From NCBI GenBank assembly GCA_049599735.1, contig JBMYOX010000007.1:7650-71649 (forward strand): 64,000 nucleotides of DNA, given 5' to 3'. The notes beneath the pieces were generated by a model. It was not told where the DNA came from, made no database searches, and saw nothing but the letters and a program-made list of their open reading frames with translations. The position numbers and the translations under genes were made by a program. Origin of the DNA: Pontibacterium sp. Its GTDB lineage: Bacteria; Pseudomonadota; Gammaproteobacteria; Pseudomonadales; Balneatricaceae. Of the stretch, positions 30,350 to 43,600 are shown piece after piece (position 1 is the first letter of the stretch; every line of letters begins with the position of its first letter).

Positions 30350-31141
30350 CTATTCTTTATTCGACATCACACCAGACTGGTAAAGCATGGCAATAAGCTG
30401 TGTTTTATTTCTGGCCTTAAAAATTTTCTTTGCACGGGTAATATGATACGTAACCCCTTCTTCTGTCAGTGCCAGATGATAAGCAATCATTTTTACCGAC
30501 ATCCCATCCGCCGTCATTTTCAAAACTTGCCTACAAGTTTCAGAAAATATTGAATGCCTGATATAAGGGTTTGTCTCTCTTTCACCACCCAGTTGCAGTA
30601 ATTTATGGCAACGCTCTAATAACGGTAATAAAACACCCGATATTCGATGATAAATTTCCATAAACTGCTCACGGGGCAATCCGTGATAAAGACCAAAATA
30701 ATTAAACCAATACTTATCCTGACGCCCGCCAACCGGCACATAGGCACGGGAATACACATCATACCTTTCCCAGAACTGGTCAACCTGTGGCGAGGTACTA
30801 TTACGCTCAGCCTGTACAATTAAAGGCTGAGATGCCCCGGGTAAAACCTGCCATAAAGGATCAGCTAAAGCGATTTCCTTATAATAACGACTCACCACCT
30901 GTTCCGGCATTGATCCCTGAGTATCAACGCCATAACTGCGCTTTGACAGCGAAAACTGAGACTCAGGGGCACCCAGGCTACGTGGCACTGATGAATAAGT
31001 GAAGTAAATAAAATCCAGTTGCTTTAAAATGATTTGCAGCTCAGCAAAAAGTTTTTCCCAACTGCACTCGCTCACCAGTACATTAGCGCTAGAAGCTACC
31101 GATGATGTTCCCTGCCTGAGAATATGCGATTGATCATTCAT
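30350..31141 (-). CDS. LuxR-family regulator with autoinducer-binding-like N-domain (LuxR solo)
   Basis: C-terminal LuxR HTH (TADGMSVKMIAYHLALTEEGVTYH...ARNKTQLIA); N-domain keeps Y..DP; no luxI nearby. Confidence 0.85.
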   Translation of the reverse strand: MNDQSHILRQGTSSVASSANVLVSECSWEKLFAELQIILKQLDFIYFTYSSVPRSLGAPESQFSLSKRSYGVDTQGSMPEQVVSRYYKEIALADPLWQVLPGASQPLIVQAERNSTSPQVDQFWERYDVYSRAYVPVGGRQDKYWFNYFGLYHGLPREQFMEIYHRISGVLLPLLERCHKLLQLGGERETNPYIRHSIFSETCRQVLKMTADGMSVKMIAYHLALTEEGVTYHITRAKKIFKARNKTQLIAMLYQSGVMSNKE

Positions 31142-31640
31142 CACAGGCATACCTCGCAACAGAAAGACCTGGTGCTATATATCTTGAGGATTTCCACCCA
31201 ACATTCCACTGTTTAAAACTCTCCAATAATAGAATACCAGCTCACCATATACCCCGGCGATGCAAACCCGGCTACTAATCTCTGTCAGGTGTTATGCCAG
31301 CATTTGCCAAGCAATAATCGCACCATTAACAGGCTATTACCAGGCAATAAAAACAAATAAAAATTTAATTCATAAAATAATTCTTAACAACATACTTTTC
31401 AATATTTCAAATAAAAATCAAATCAAAAAACAAATCCCCCCTTAAACACTGCGTCTTATTGATATAAAACAAAGAATATAAAACATGGTTTCCAACACCC
31501 GTACTCCGGACACTGCAAAAAAGTCCGGGGATTTATCAAAGAACCGGTAATCTACAATTCAAAGATGTAATACGGTGATGACATAAGCATTTAGCACCAC
31601 CGTAACCTTTTATCGCCACCTCAACATCAGGGCTTATCCG

Positions 31641-34600
31641 TCAGACGTTGTTCAATTCCTCCAGTTCAGCGGTCCAGCTTCCATCGACATCTCCCAACAA
31701 GATACCCACGTAGTCATATGCGGTCTGGCCTTCATTAAATACCACATCCGGGGCCGGGGCCGGAAACACCTCATTCGAAGCACGAGACGGATCATCAGCA
31801 AGCTGCGCCTGCTCAGTCTCTGTCAGTGCAGAAACAAACTGCCAGCCATCCAGCTGTATCAGACCAACGGCCTGGCGCGCAATCATACTGGCATCTGCAG
31901 CACTGATAACTCCGTTCCCATCAACATCTGCTGCCATTTTTTGATATTCATTGCTGCCTTCGATCAGACCTACTGCGAGGCGAGCGGCAGTTGAGGCATC
32001 AGCAGCGGATACTGCAGCCACATAATCCTCACTTACCGGCGACGGGTGTTCCATTTCCAGCTCATAGGCCGCCTCGCTATTAAGCCCGCTAAAATTAAAA
32101 CTCCCGTCTTCTTCTGATACCAGAACAGACACTGGCTCACCATTTTCCCGCAGAGTAATATCCGTTGCGCTGATTTTCTGTGAATTATCACTCCAGTACG
32201 CAATAGAACCCGCAAGATCAAACGTAACAGAGGTATCCGTCATATCCTTCTGCACATCAATATTCAGCGTATCCCGGATCAGACCACCCTTCCCGTCACT
32301 AACTTCGTAGACGAAGCTATCCATACCCACAAAATCCTGCTCAGGGGTATAAGTAAAGCCCCCCTCTGAGTTAAGTTCCAGAGCACCATGAACGGGGGCA
32401 CCTCCGTCGGACAACCCATATATCAGGCTGTCACCATCAGCGTCTGTCGCGGTTAGCTGACCTGTCAGCGTCTCACCTTCGGTGATTTTGCCGCCCTGAG
32501 TAATATCCAGGTTAAAGAGCTGACCCCGTATTGCCGACTCACTGGTATCATCTCCGGTCTGGCTTCTGTCTTCCCAAAGCACAACGATACGACCACCCGA
32601 TAACTCTGTCACTACCGGCTCAAGCTGAGCACCGGTTGTTGTGCTGTTAGCCAGGAATTCTTCACCCGCCTTGCTGCCATCAGACATAAACCGCTGGCCA
32701 CGTACCGCATAGCTGCTGGTGTCCTCACCAGTAAAGCTGAGGTCCTGCCAGAACGCGATAAAACTGCCATCGGATAAGGCGGTTACTGACGGGTCTGACT
32801 GACTGCCTGAAAGGGTGGTGTTAACCAAAAATTCACCACCTGATTCACTGCCATCAGCGTTAAATACCTGGCCACGTACTGCGTGGCCATGAGGATCATC
32901 ATCACTGGTGCTATAGTCTGTCCAGAGCGCCACAAAACCACCATCCGCCAGTGACGTGACTACCGGGTCATTCTGGAGATAAGTGACTGTATTGTTTACC
33001 TGGAAGGCTTCATTGATTTTGCTGCCACCGGCACTAAATAACTGCCCCATTATCTCGAATTCGCCCACTGCACCACCGCTTTGACTGTTATCAGCCCAAA
33101 GCACCACAAAATTACCATTTGTCAGTGCGGTTACCGCAGGCACAGATTGCTGATCAGCGGTGATGCTGTTAACCAGTATCTCCCCACCTGTCAGACTGCC
33201 ATCTGCCGCAAACACCTGAGCACGCACATCGGCAATACCCAGCTCTTCGCCCACTTCAGACCAGACAGCCACAAAGCCACCATCAGACAGCCCGGCTACC
33301 TCAGGCTGACCCTGACCATTTGAAAGACTCTCGTTAACAATAAACTCACCATTAACAGGAGTGGCATTCTCGGTAAAGCGCTGAGCAACCACATAGCCAC
33401 TGGAAGCGTCCGACCACATAGCAATAAAGCCGCCATCTTCAAGCGCGCTCACTGCCGGAGCGGACTGGTTACCAGTGGTCGTGGTGTTGACCATAAATTC
33501 ACTGTCAACCGCGCTGCCATCTGCCGCAAAACGCTGACCACGCACCGCATAAACACTGGTATCTTCACCGCTCTGACTGTAATCAGACCAAAGTACAACA
33601 AATCCCCCACCGGTCAGAGCGGTGACCGCCGCAGAATGCTGATAGCTTTCCGTGGTACTGTTTACCAGGAATTCAGCACCCGTTTTGGACAGCGTTTCAG
33701 TGCGTAAGTACTCTATTTCAGGCGCATCGTTAACAGGATTAACCAACAGACTTGCGGTGGTAGCCACGGTGTCAGTGCCATCAGTGACCTGGTAGTTAAA
33801 CTGCACGTCACCGTTAAAGTCAGCCGTCGGGCTGAAGCTGTAGGTGCCATCGCCCTGATTGGTTAAAGCCCCCTGAGCAGTATCCGCCAGCGTAAGCCCT
33901 GTTACATTCAGCACATCACCGTCAGTATCACGGGCATTGATCAGCAGATCAGCCGTGCTGAAGGACAGGCTGCTGTCCTCAGCAATCGCAGACAACGTAA
34001 CAGGTGCGCTGACAACCGGGGCGTCGTTCGCCGGATTAACCAACAGACTTGCGGTGGTATCCACGGTGTCAGTGCCATCGCTTATCCGGTAGTTAAACTG
34101 CACGTCACCGTTAAAATCAGCCGTCGGGCTGAAGCTATAGGTGCCGTCGCCCTGATCCGTTAAAACACCCCGCGTGGCATCGGCCAGCCTTACCTGTGAC
34201 ACGTTCAGGTTATCGCCGTCTGCATCATGGCTATTGGCCAGCAGATCAGACGCACTAAAGAACGCCGTACTCTCCTCAGTAATCGCAGACAACGTAACAG
34301 GTGCGCTGACAACCGGGGCGTCATTAATCGGATTAACCAACAGACTTGCGGTGGTAGCCACGGTGTCAGTGCCATCAGTGACCTGGTAGTTAAACTGCAC
34401 GTCACCGTTAAAGTCAGCCGTCGGGCTGAAGCTGTAGGTGCCATCGCCCTGATTGGTTAAAGCCCCCTGAGCAGTATCCGCCAGCGTAAGCCCTGTTACA
34501 TTCAGCACATCACCGTCAGTATCACGGGCATTGATCAGCAGATCAGCCGTGCTGAAGGACAGGCTGCTGTCCTCAGCAATCGCAGACAACGTAACAGGTG

Positions 34601-37600
34601 CGCTGACAACCGGGGCGTCATTAACCGAGCTTATGATCAGAGGAAGAGAGCCCTGAACAACACCCTGTCCGTCGCTCACCGTATAACTAAAACTGTCGCT
34701 GCCAAAATAGTTCGCCGCCGGGGTATAAGTAAAACTGCCATCTGTATTTAAGACCAAAGTCCCATGGGCCGGTTCGCCCCCTGCTACCAGAGAATAGGTC
34801 AGGCTGTCATCATCAGCGTCTGTAGCAGTCAACTGACCTGCAAGCACTCCGTCTTCAAAGGTTATCAGTCCCTCAGTCACTTCCGTTTCAAAAAGCTGAG
34901 CGCGAATTGCAGAAGCACCCTGATCAGCATCTTTCCAAAACGCAACCAAACCACCATCATTCAGGGCAGCCACGGCTGGCAGAAGCTGGTTGCCGGTGGT
35001 TGTGCTGTTGATAAGAAGTTCCGGCCCGTTCAGACTGCCATCGGCCGAAAACCGCTGACCACGTACTGCATAACCACTGACATCCTCTCCGCTTTGACTA
35101 TTATCATGCCAGAGTGTCATAAAACCACCATCTGTCAGGGCTGTTACCGACGGCCCTGACTGGTTACCAGCAGTGGTTGTATTCACCTGAAATTCATTGT
35201 TTATTTTTGCACCATCAGCACTGAACAACTGCCCGCGCACCACAAGACCGCTTCCGTCATCGCCATCAGCCTTGTGATTATTATCCCGCCAGGTCACCAC
35301 GAAGCCATCGTCCGCCAGGGTGGTTACAACCAGATCTGAGTGACTAACCCCGGCAGCAATGCTGCTTACCAGAAACTCCTCTCCCAGGCGGCTACCGTCT
35401 GCCTCATACAACTGGCCACGTACCGCAGTCATCATGGAAGTGCTATCACCGGGACTCCAGTCCCACCAAACTGCTACAAAACCACCTCCGGACAACGAAT
35501 CAACAGAGGGCTGAGCCTGGTGGCTATAAATGGTACTGTTCACCAGGAACTCAGTCCCGGACGGGCTACCGTCCGCTGCAAAACGCTGACCACGTACGGC
35601 ATCATATGAGGTATCTTCGCCACTTTGACTCGTATCACGCCAAAGAGCGACAAAACCACCATCAGATAAGCCGGTTACAGCAGGTTCATACTGGAAGTTA
35701 CTGGTTGTACTGTTAATCAGAAATTCTTCACCTGAGCGAGTGGCATCCGCCGTAAACCGCTGACCCCGCACAGCCGCGCCGCTGCTATCCCCGTTACTCT
35801 CGCTGTCATCCTGCCAAACTGCGACAAACCCGCCATCAGATAAAGCCGAGATCGCGGGATCCTGCTGACTATTAACCGTGGTACTGTTTACCAAAAACTC
35901 TTCACCCGATAAGCTGCCATCAGCCATAAACAACTGACCACGAATCGAATAACCACTGTTATCATCGCTTGTATTTTTATAATCCATCCAGATGGAAACA
36001 AAGCTGCCATCTGCCAGGGCTGTTACCTGAGGGTGAGCCAACCACTCTCCCCTTAAATTACTGCTTACCAGCAACTCGTCGCCCGTTTTAAAAAATGCCT
36101 CCGTCTGAAGGGGCTGTATTTCAGGCGCATCGTTAACCGGATTAACCAACAGACTTACGGTGCTATCAACGGTGTCAGTGCCGTCAGTGACCTGGTAGTT
36201 AAACTGCACTTCACCGTTAAAGTCAGCCGCCGGGCTGAAGCTGTAGGTGCCGTCGCCCTGATTGGTTAAAACCCCCTGATCAGTATCCGCCAGCGTAAGC
36301 CCTGTTACACTAAGCACATCACCGTCTGCATCACTGGCATTGACTAACAAATCAGCCGTACTGAAGGACAGGCTGCTGTCCTCATCAATGGCAGGCAAAG
36401 TCACAGGGGCACTGATTTGTGGTACTTCGTTATCAATATTGACGGTGATATAAAGCGTGTTTTGAATTACACCATTGCCGCTTTCACGCACTTCGTAGGT
36501 AAAGCTGTCAACGCCGTTGTAGTCCGGATCAGGGGTATAGGTAAAACCACCCTCTGCATTGAGCTCCAGGGTACCGTTCTCAGGCTGGCCATCGGCACTT
36601 AGTTGGTAGATCAGGCTGTCACTGCGGGCACCCGTATCGTTGAGGTGACCAGTCAGTACGCTGTTTTCGGTGGTTTCCAGGGCGTTTGCTGCGACAAAGA
36701 GCTGCCCGCGAACGGCCAGGCCTTCTGTATCGCCGCCACTGGCACTGCTGTCTTCCCAAAGCGCAAGTACACGGCCGTCATTCAGCGCTGACAGAACGGG
36801 GGTCTGCTGGTCATCGCTGGTTGTGGTGCTCAGGATAAATTCGCCACCGGTTTTAGTGCCGTCTGTATCAAAAGCCTGTGCACGCACTAATTTGCCTTGT
36901 CCGCCAATACCGGCCGCATTCAGATCCATCCAGGCAACCACAAAACCACCGCCAGGCTGTGCTACAACTGAGGGGGTAAACTGGAAGCTGGCAGTGGTGC
37001 TGTTGACCAGCAGTTCTTCACCCACTTTTATGCCTTGCGCATCGAACTGCTGACCGCGTATTGCCGTGCCCTCTGTATCACCGCCGGTAGCACTCCAGTC
37101 TTCCCAGACAGCAATAAAGCCACCGGTATCGAGTGCTGCAACGGTGGGTTCGGACTGATAACCGGCAGTACTGGTATTGATCTGAAGCTCAGCGCCCGAT
37201 TTGTTGCCCATGCTATCAAACAGCTGACCGCGTACGGCGCTGCTATCCTGATCCGGACCTGTCAGGCTGTAATCCTGCCACAAGGCGACAAAACTACCGT
37301 TTGCCAGCGCAGTGATCGCGGGACCTTCCTGGTTACCGGCGCTCAGGTTGCTGATGATAAATTCGTCACCGGTTTTACTGCCATCAGCCGCGAAGCGCTG
37401 ACCCATAACATTTGTACCCAGGGTAGCGTTCTCACTCCAGTCCATCCACAGGGCGACAAAGCCACCATCGGCCTGCGCGGTGACGGTGGCGGTGCTCTGG
37501 TAGCCGGCTGTAGTGGTATTTACCAGGAATTCGCTACCCTGCCGGGTGCCGTCTGCGGTAAATAGCTGCCCTCTCACAGCAGTGCTATCGGCATCCTCAC

Positions 37601-40600
37601 CCGTCTGGCTCCAGTCGGTCCAGAGCGCCACAAAACCACCCTCTGCCAGGGCAGTAACGGTGGGGGCTTCCTGATTACTGGCACTGCTGCTGTTAACCTG
37701 AAAAGCTTCACCCAGTAAGGTGCCGTCATCTGCAAACAGCTGACCTGTAATAGCACTGCCCTCACCGTCGCCGGAGGCCGGGTTAGCATCGGTCCAGAGG
37801 GCCACAAAACCCCCGCCCGATAATGCCGTGACTGTCGGCGCTGTCTGATCACCCGCCGTGTCTGTGTTCACCAGGAACTCAGCGCCTTCCTTGATCAGGT
37901 AACCCGGCTGCAGTTCGGCCAATGCTTCGCTGCGGGCCTGAATATTGATCACACTGGATGCGGTTGTCGTCTGTGCGCCGGTGCCATCCGTATCGGCATC
38001 GGTCACACTGAAACTCAGGGTTCTGCTGTCGCTGAGTGCCGTCGGATTCTGGCCACCCTGATAAGTCACGCTCTGCAGTAACTGTTGATACTGCGCCAGG
38101 CTGCCCGGCCCACTCAGGGTAAGGACGCCGCTTGTTGCATCGTACCGGGCACTGATACCCGTATCCGCAGTATCCACCGCCAGCACATCCCCTGCGGTAA
38201 AACCCTCACTAATGGTGATGCTGGCACTCGCCATCTGTGCATCATCGATATCATTCAGGCTCAGCACGACCACCGCCGACACAGCTTCACTGCCTTCGGT
38301 ATAGATTAAGGGCTGCTGGGCTACAAAATAATTAAAATCAAAATTATTCGGGTCAGTCGGAAAGTCATTGGGGTCAATCGGCGAGCTACCCGACGGGCTT
38401 AAATCCGAGACCTGAGTTAATGCCCCGGTCACAGGATCATAAGACCAGAGTTCATTACTCTCTCCGTTACCCCACCAGGTTGTGGCGGTAAAGTAAACAA
38501 TACCGTTCTGATCGGTTATAAATCGCGTGTTGGCGTCGCCGCTACCGGGAATATCTCCCAGCATCTGCAGTGTATTAACCTCGGGATCATAAACCCAGGG
38601 CTCCTCACCGCTGCCACCATTGGCACCAAAATAGAGACGGTTGTCCAGTACAAATGAAGAGAACTCACCGGGGTTTGAGCTGCCGCTGCCTGGGTTAATA
38701 TCTCCCACGAACAACACGCTGTTCTGGGCAGAGTCATAGGCCCAGAGCTCAATACCCGCGCTGCCGTTATCGGCACTGAAATAGAGCGTATTGTCGATCA
38801 CACCTAAAATTCGACTCAGGGAATCTCCGGCCCCCGCGTTCAGGTCAGTCAGCAGCTGAATCGAAGGGGCTGAGGGATCATAAGCCCAGAGTTCCTTACC
38901 GACCACAGCATGATCGGCCATAAAATAAATGATGCCGTTCATCCCGGTCAGGGAGACTGGCGTTGAGTCCGGGCTACCGGGATTAAGGTCAACCACCATC
39001 TGCAGACTGTTATTGGCCGGATCATATGACCAGAGCTCGTTACCGGCCGCATCGCTGCTGTCCTGGAAGTAAAGCTTGCCATTAAAAACGGACAGTGAAT
39101 GAGCACTCTCATTACCTGATTGAAAATCAAGCACTTTCTGGGCCTGATCGGTCGCGGAGTCAAGCCGCCACAGGCTGCTGCTGTGATCTTCATCGCGAGC
39201 CGTAAAATAAAGCTGGCCTGCCAGTTCGGTAAAATTACCCGGGTTGGCATCCCCTTCACCAACAACCAGGTCAGCAACCTGCTGACTTTCCTGCGTGAAC
39301 GGATCATAAGACCAGAGTTCGTTACCGGTCACCGCGTCATCACCTGGAAAGTAGAGTTTTCCGGCAAACTCCGTGTAACCACGGGCCATGGAAAATGCGC
39401 CGCCCTCATTGGGTGTCGCAATTTTCCAGGCACGGTTAGCCGCCGGTGAATAGGCCCAGAATGAGGTGCTTTCGCTGCCGTCTTCAGTCGGCTCACGCAT
39501 CCGGAAGATAAACGCCGTATCACCCACAATTAACGCCGGGGCATCGTTAACACCACTGACCGTCAGTGATACCGAGGCCAGAGTGACACCACCCTGTCCA
39601 TCGCTGACCTGGTAGGTAAAACTGTCATTGCCAACAAAATCCGGCTCAGGGTTATAGGTATAACTGCCGTCTGCATTAAGTAATAAAGTACCGTGCGCGG
39701 GCTCGCCATCCTGCGCCAGGGCATAAGACAGGCTATCACCATCCATATCGGAGGCAACCAGCTGGCCGGTAAGGGGCGTATCTTCAACCGCTTCCGCATC
39801 AGCCGGAAGCGTCAGCTGGAGTAACTGACCACGGATTGATGATTCACTGGTGTCCCCGCCCGTCTGACTTCTGTCTTCCCAGAGCGCCACCACACTGCCA
39901 TCAGCCAGCTCCGCAACCACCGGAGCACCCTGATAACCCTTTGTGGTCGAGTTCACCAGAAACTCTTCACCCACCGGTGTGCCATCAGCGGCAAACTGTT
40001 GAGCGCGTACTGCCTGATTACTGTTATCTGCACCGGTAAAACTGGAATCCTGCCAGAGTGCAATAAAGCCCCCATCAGATAATCCCGCCACAGCCGGTTT
40101 ATACTGGCTGCTTGTAACCGTAGTGTTTACCAGAAACTCATCCGCGACTTTGCTACCGTCCGCCGCAAACAGCTGACCGTGTACCGCTTGGGCATGAGGG
40201 TCATCACCACTCTGACTATAATCGGTCCAGACTGCAACAAAACCGCCATTGGCCAACGCACTGACCGATGGCTCAGTCTGACCACCCGGGGTCGTACTGT
40301 TTACCAGGAACTCATCACCTGTCTGGCTACCATCCGCGGCGAACGTCTGGCCACGCACGGCATAACTACTGGTGTCATCCTCACTCTGACTCCAGTCCGT
40401 CCACAGCACAGCAAAACCGCCTGTGGTCAGGGCCGTCACAGCAGGTTCGGTCTGATTATTGGTGACGATACTGTTTACCTGAAATGCCTCACCCAGCGGC
40501 GTGGCATCCGCTGCAAAGACCTGCCCATGAATGTCAGCAGCGCCATCCTCTTCGTTCACCTGGGCCCAGGTCGCCACAAAACCGCCCCCGGACAACGTGG

Positions 40601-43600
40601 TTAGTTTCGGAATACCCAGAATATCGAGTACAAACTCCTCATTCACCGGGCGAGCATCAGCATCAAATAACTGCCCCCGTATGCTCGGGACATCCGGGTT
40701 AGCGGGGTCATTGATCCAAAGCGCGACAAAACCACCATTGTCCAGGGCCGTCACAGACGGGCTAGACTGATTATTCGCTGTGGTACTGTTAACGAGAAAC
40801 TCATCATTCACCGCACTGCCATCAGCTGCAAATAACTGGCCACGCACTGCGTAAAAACTGGTATCTCCCCCTGTCTGACTGTTATCCGACCAGAGCACCA
40901 CAAAATTACCATCGCTGAGAACTGTCACAACCGGGCTATGCTGATAACTGTTTGTGCTGCTGTTAACCAGGAATTCATCACCCGCTTTTACAAACAGTTC
41001 CGTTTGATGGCGGATAACCTCAGGAGCATCATTCACCGGATTAACCGTCAGGGTCGCGGTTGCCGCCACGGCAGCCGTGCCATCAGATACCTGATAGTTA
41101 AACGTCAGCTCTCCATTAAAATCTGCCACAGGAGTAAAGCTGTAGGTGCCGTCCGTATGCTCAATCAGGGTGCCCTGACTGTTATCTGTCAGGGTCAGTT
41201 GGGTCACGTTTAATGCATCACCATTTGCATCGCTGGCGTTGGCCAGTAACGCATCGGAACTGAAGCTGATGCTGCCCTCTTCGTCAATCGCAGGCAGTAC
41301 AACCGGCCCGCTTATCTCCGGCAACGCATTCGGCACAATGAAGGCATTAACCGTCAGGAAGACTGTATGCTCAAGCACACCGTTACCACTTTCCCGTACC
41401 TCGTAGGTAAAGCTGTCTTCACCCTCAAAACCCTGGGTCGGGGTGTAGGTAAAAGCACCGTCCTGCGCCAACACCAGTGTCCCGTTATCGGGCTGACCAT
41501 CGGCCGTGAGCTGATAAACCAAACTGTTGATGCCTGCCCCTGTCGCGTTGAGGTGACCGCTTAAGACCTCATCCTGTGTCACCTCAAGCGCCGCAGCCGG
41601 CATAAACATCTGGGCCCGTACGGCGCTACCATCAGTGTCGCCACCTGTGCCACTCTCATCCTGCCAGAGCGCGATAACACCGCCATTATCAAGCGCCGAT
41701 AAGCTGGGCATCTGCTGATCCCCGGCAACGGTGGTGCTCAGAACAAACTCACCACCGGTCATGCTGCCATCAGCACCGAATGCCTGCGCCCGCAGCGCAC
41801 TGCCAACGCCGTCCACACCGGACGGATTCAAATCCTTCCAGGACACGACAAAACCGCCATCGGATAAGCCCACAACAGCCGGCGTAAACTGATAACCGGC
41901 GGTACTGCTGTTGATCAGTAACTCACTACCGAGTTGACCGCCCGCCGCATCAAAGATCTGGCCTCGGATGGCGCTACCTTCAGTGTCACCGCCTGATGCG
42001 CTCCAGTCTTCCCAAACCGCGACAAAACCACCCTCACTCAGGGCTGTCACAACCGGCTCTGACTGATAACCCGCCGTACTGGTGTTCACCTGAAATACGT
42101 CACCCAGAAGGCTGCCATCCGCCATAAACATCTGAGCCCGTACGGCACTGCCTTCGGTATCCTGACCCGCCAGGCTATAATCCTGCCAAAGCGCGACAAA
42201 ACCACCATCAGACAAGCCCGTCACCGTCGGGCCGTCCTGATTACCTTCGCTTGCGTTATCGATCAGGAATTCGTCACCGGTTTTACTGCCATCAGCCGTG
42301 AAGCGCTGACCCATAACATTTGTACCCAGGGTAGCGTTCTCACTCCAGTCCATCCACAGGGCGACAAAGCCACCATCGGCCTGCGCGGTGACGGTGGCGG
42401 TGCTCTGGTAGCCGGCTGTAGTGGTATTTACCAGGAATTCGCTACCCTGCCGGGTGCCGTCTGCGGTAAATAGCTGCCCTCTCACAGCAGTGCTATCGGC
42501 ATCCTCACCCGTCTGGCTCCAGTCGGTCCAGAGCGCCACAAAACCACCCTCTGCCAGGGCAGTAACGGTGGGGGCTTCCTGATTACTGGCACTGCTGCTG
42601 TTAACCTGAAAAGCTTCACCCAGTAAGGTGCCGTCATCTGCAAACAGCTGACCTGTAATAGCACTGCCCTCACCGTCGCCGGAGGCCGGGTTAGCATCGG
42701 TCCAGAGGGCCACAAAACCCCCGCCCGATAATGCCGTGACTGTCGGCGCTGTCTGATCACCCGCCGTGTCTGTGTTCACCAGGAACTCAGCGCCTTCCTT
42801 GATCAGGTAACCCGGCTGCAGTTCGGCCAATGCTTCGCTGCGGGCCTGAATATTGATCACACTGGATGCGGTTGTCGTCTGTGCGCCGGTGCCATCCGTA
42901 TCGGCATCGGTCACACTGAAACTCAGGGTTCTGCTGTCGCTGAGTGCCGTCGGATTCTGGCCACCCTGATAAGTCACGCTCTGCAGTAACTGTTGATACT
43001 GCGCCAGGCTGCCCGGCCCACTCAGGGTAAGGACGCCGCTTGTTGCATCGTACCGGGCACTGATACCCGTATCCGCAGTATCCACCGCCAGCACATCCCC
43101 TGCGGTAAAACCCTCACTAATGGTGATGCTGGCACTCGCCATCTGTGCATCATCGATATCATTCAGGCTCAGCACGACCACCGCCGACACAGCTTCACTG
43201 CCTTCGGTATAGATTAAGGGCTGCTGGGCTACAAAATAATTAAAATCAAAATTATTCGGGTCAGTCGGAAAGTCATTGGGGTCAATCGGCGAGCTACCCG
43301 ACGGGCTTAAATCCGAGACCTGAGTTAATGCCCCGGTCACAGGATCATAAGACCAGAGTTCATTACTCTCTCCGTTACCCCACCAGGTTGTGGCGGTAAA
43401 GTAAACAATACCGTTCTGATCGGTTATAAATCGCGTGTTGGCGTCGCCGCTACCGGGAATATCTCCCAGCATCTGCAGTGTATTAACCTCGGGATCATAA
43501 ACCCAGGGCTCCTCACCGCTGCCACCATTGGCACCAAAATAGAGACGGTTGTCCAGTACAAATGAAGAGAACTCACCGGGGTTTGAGCTGCCGCTGCCTG

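Noticed and set aside
31260-31445. 61-aa ORF in the A-rich stretch between luxR and the giant gene
   Set aside because: Low-complexity A/T tract with no RBS; more likely a promoter or H-NS-type region.
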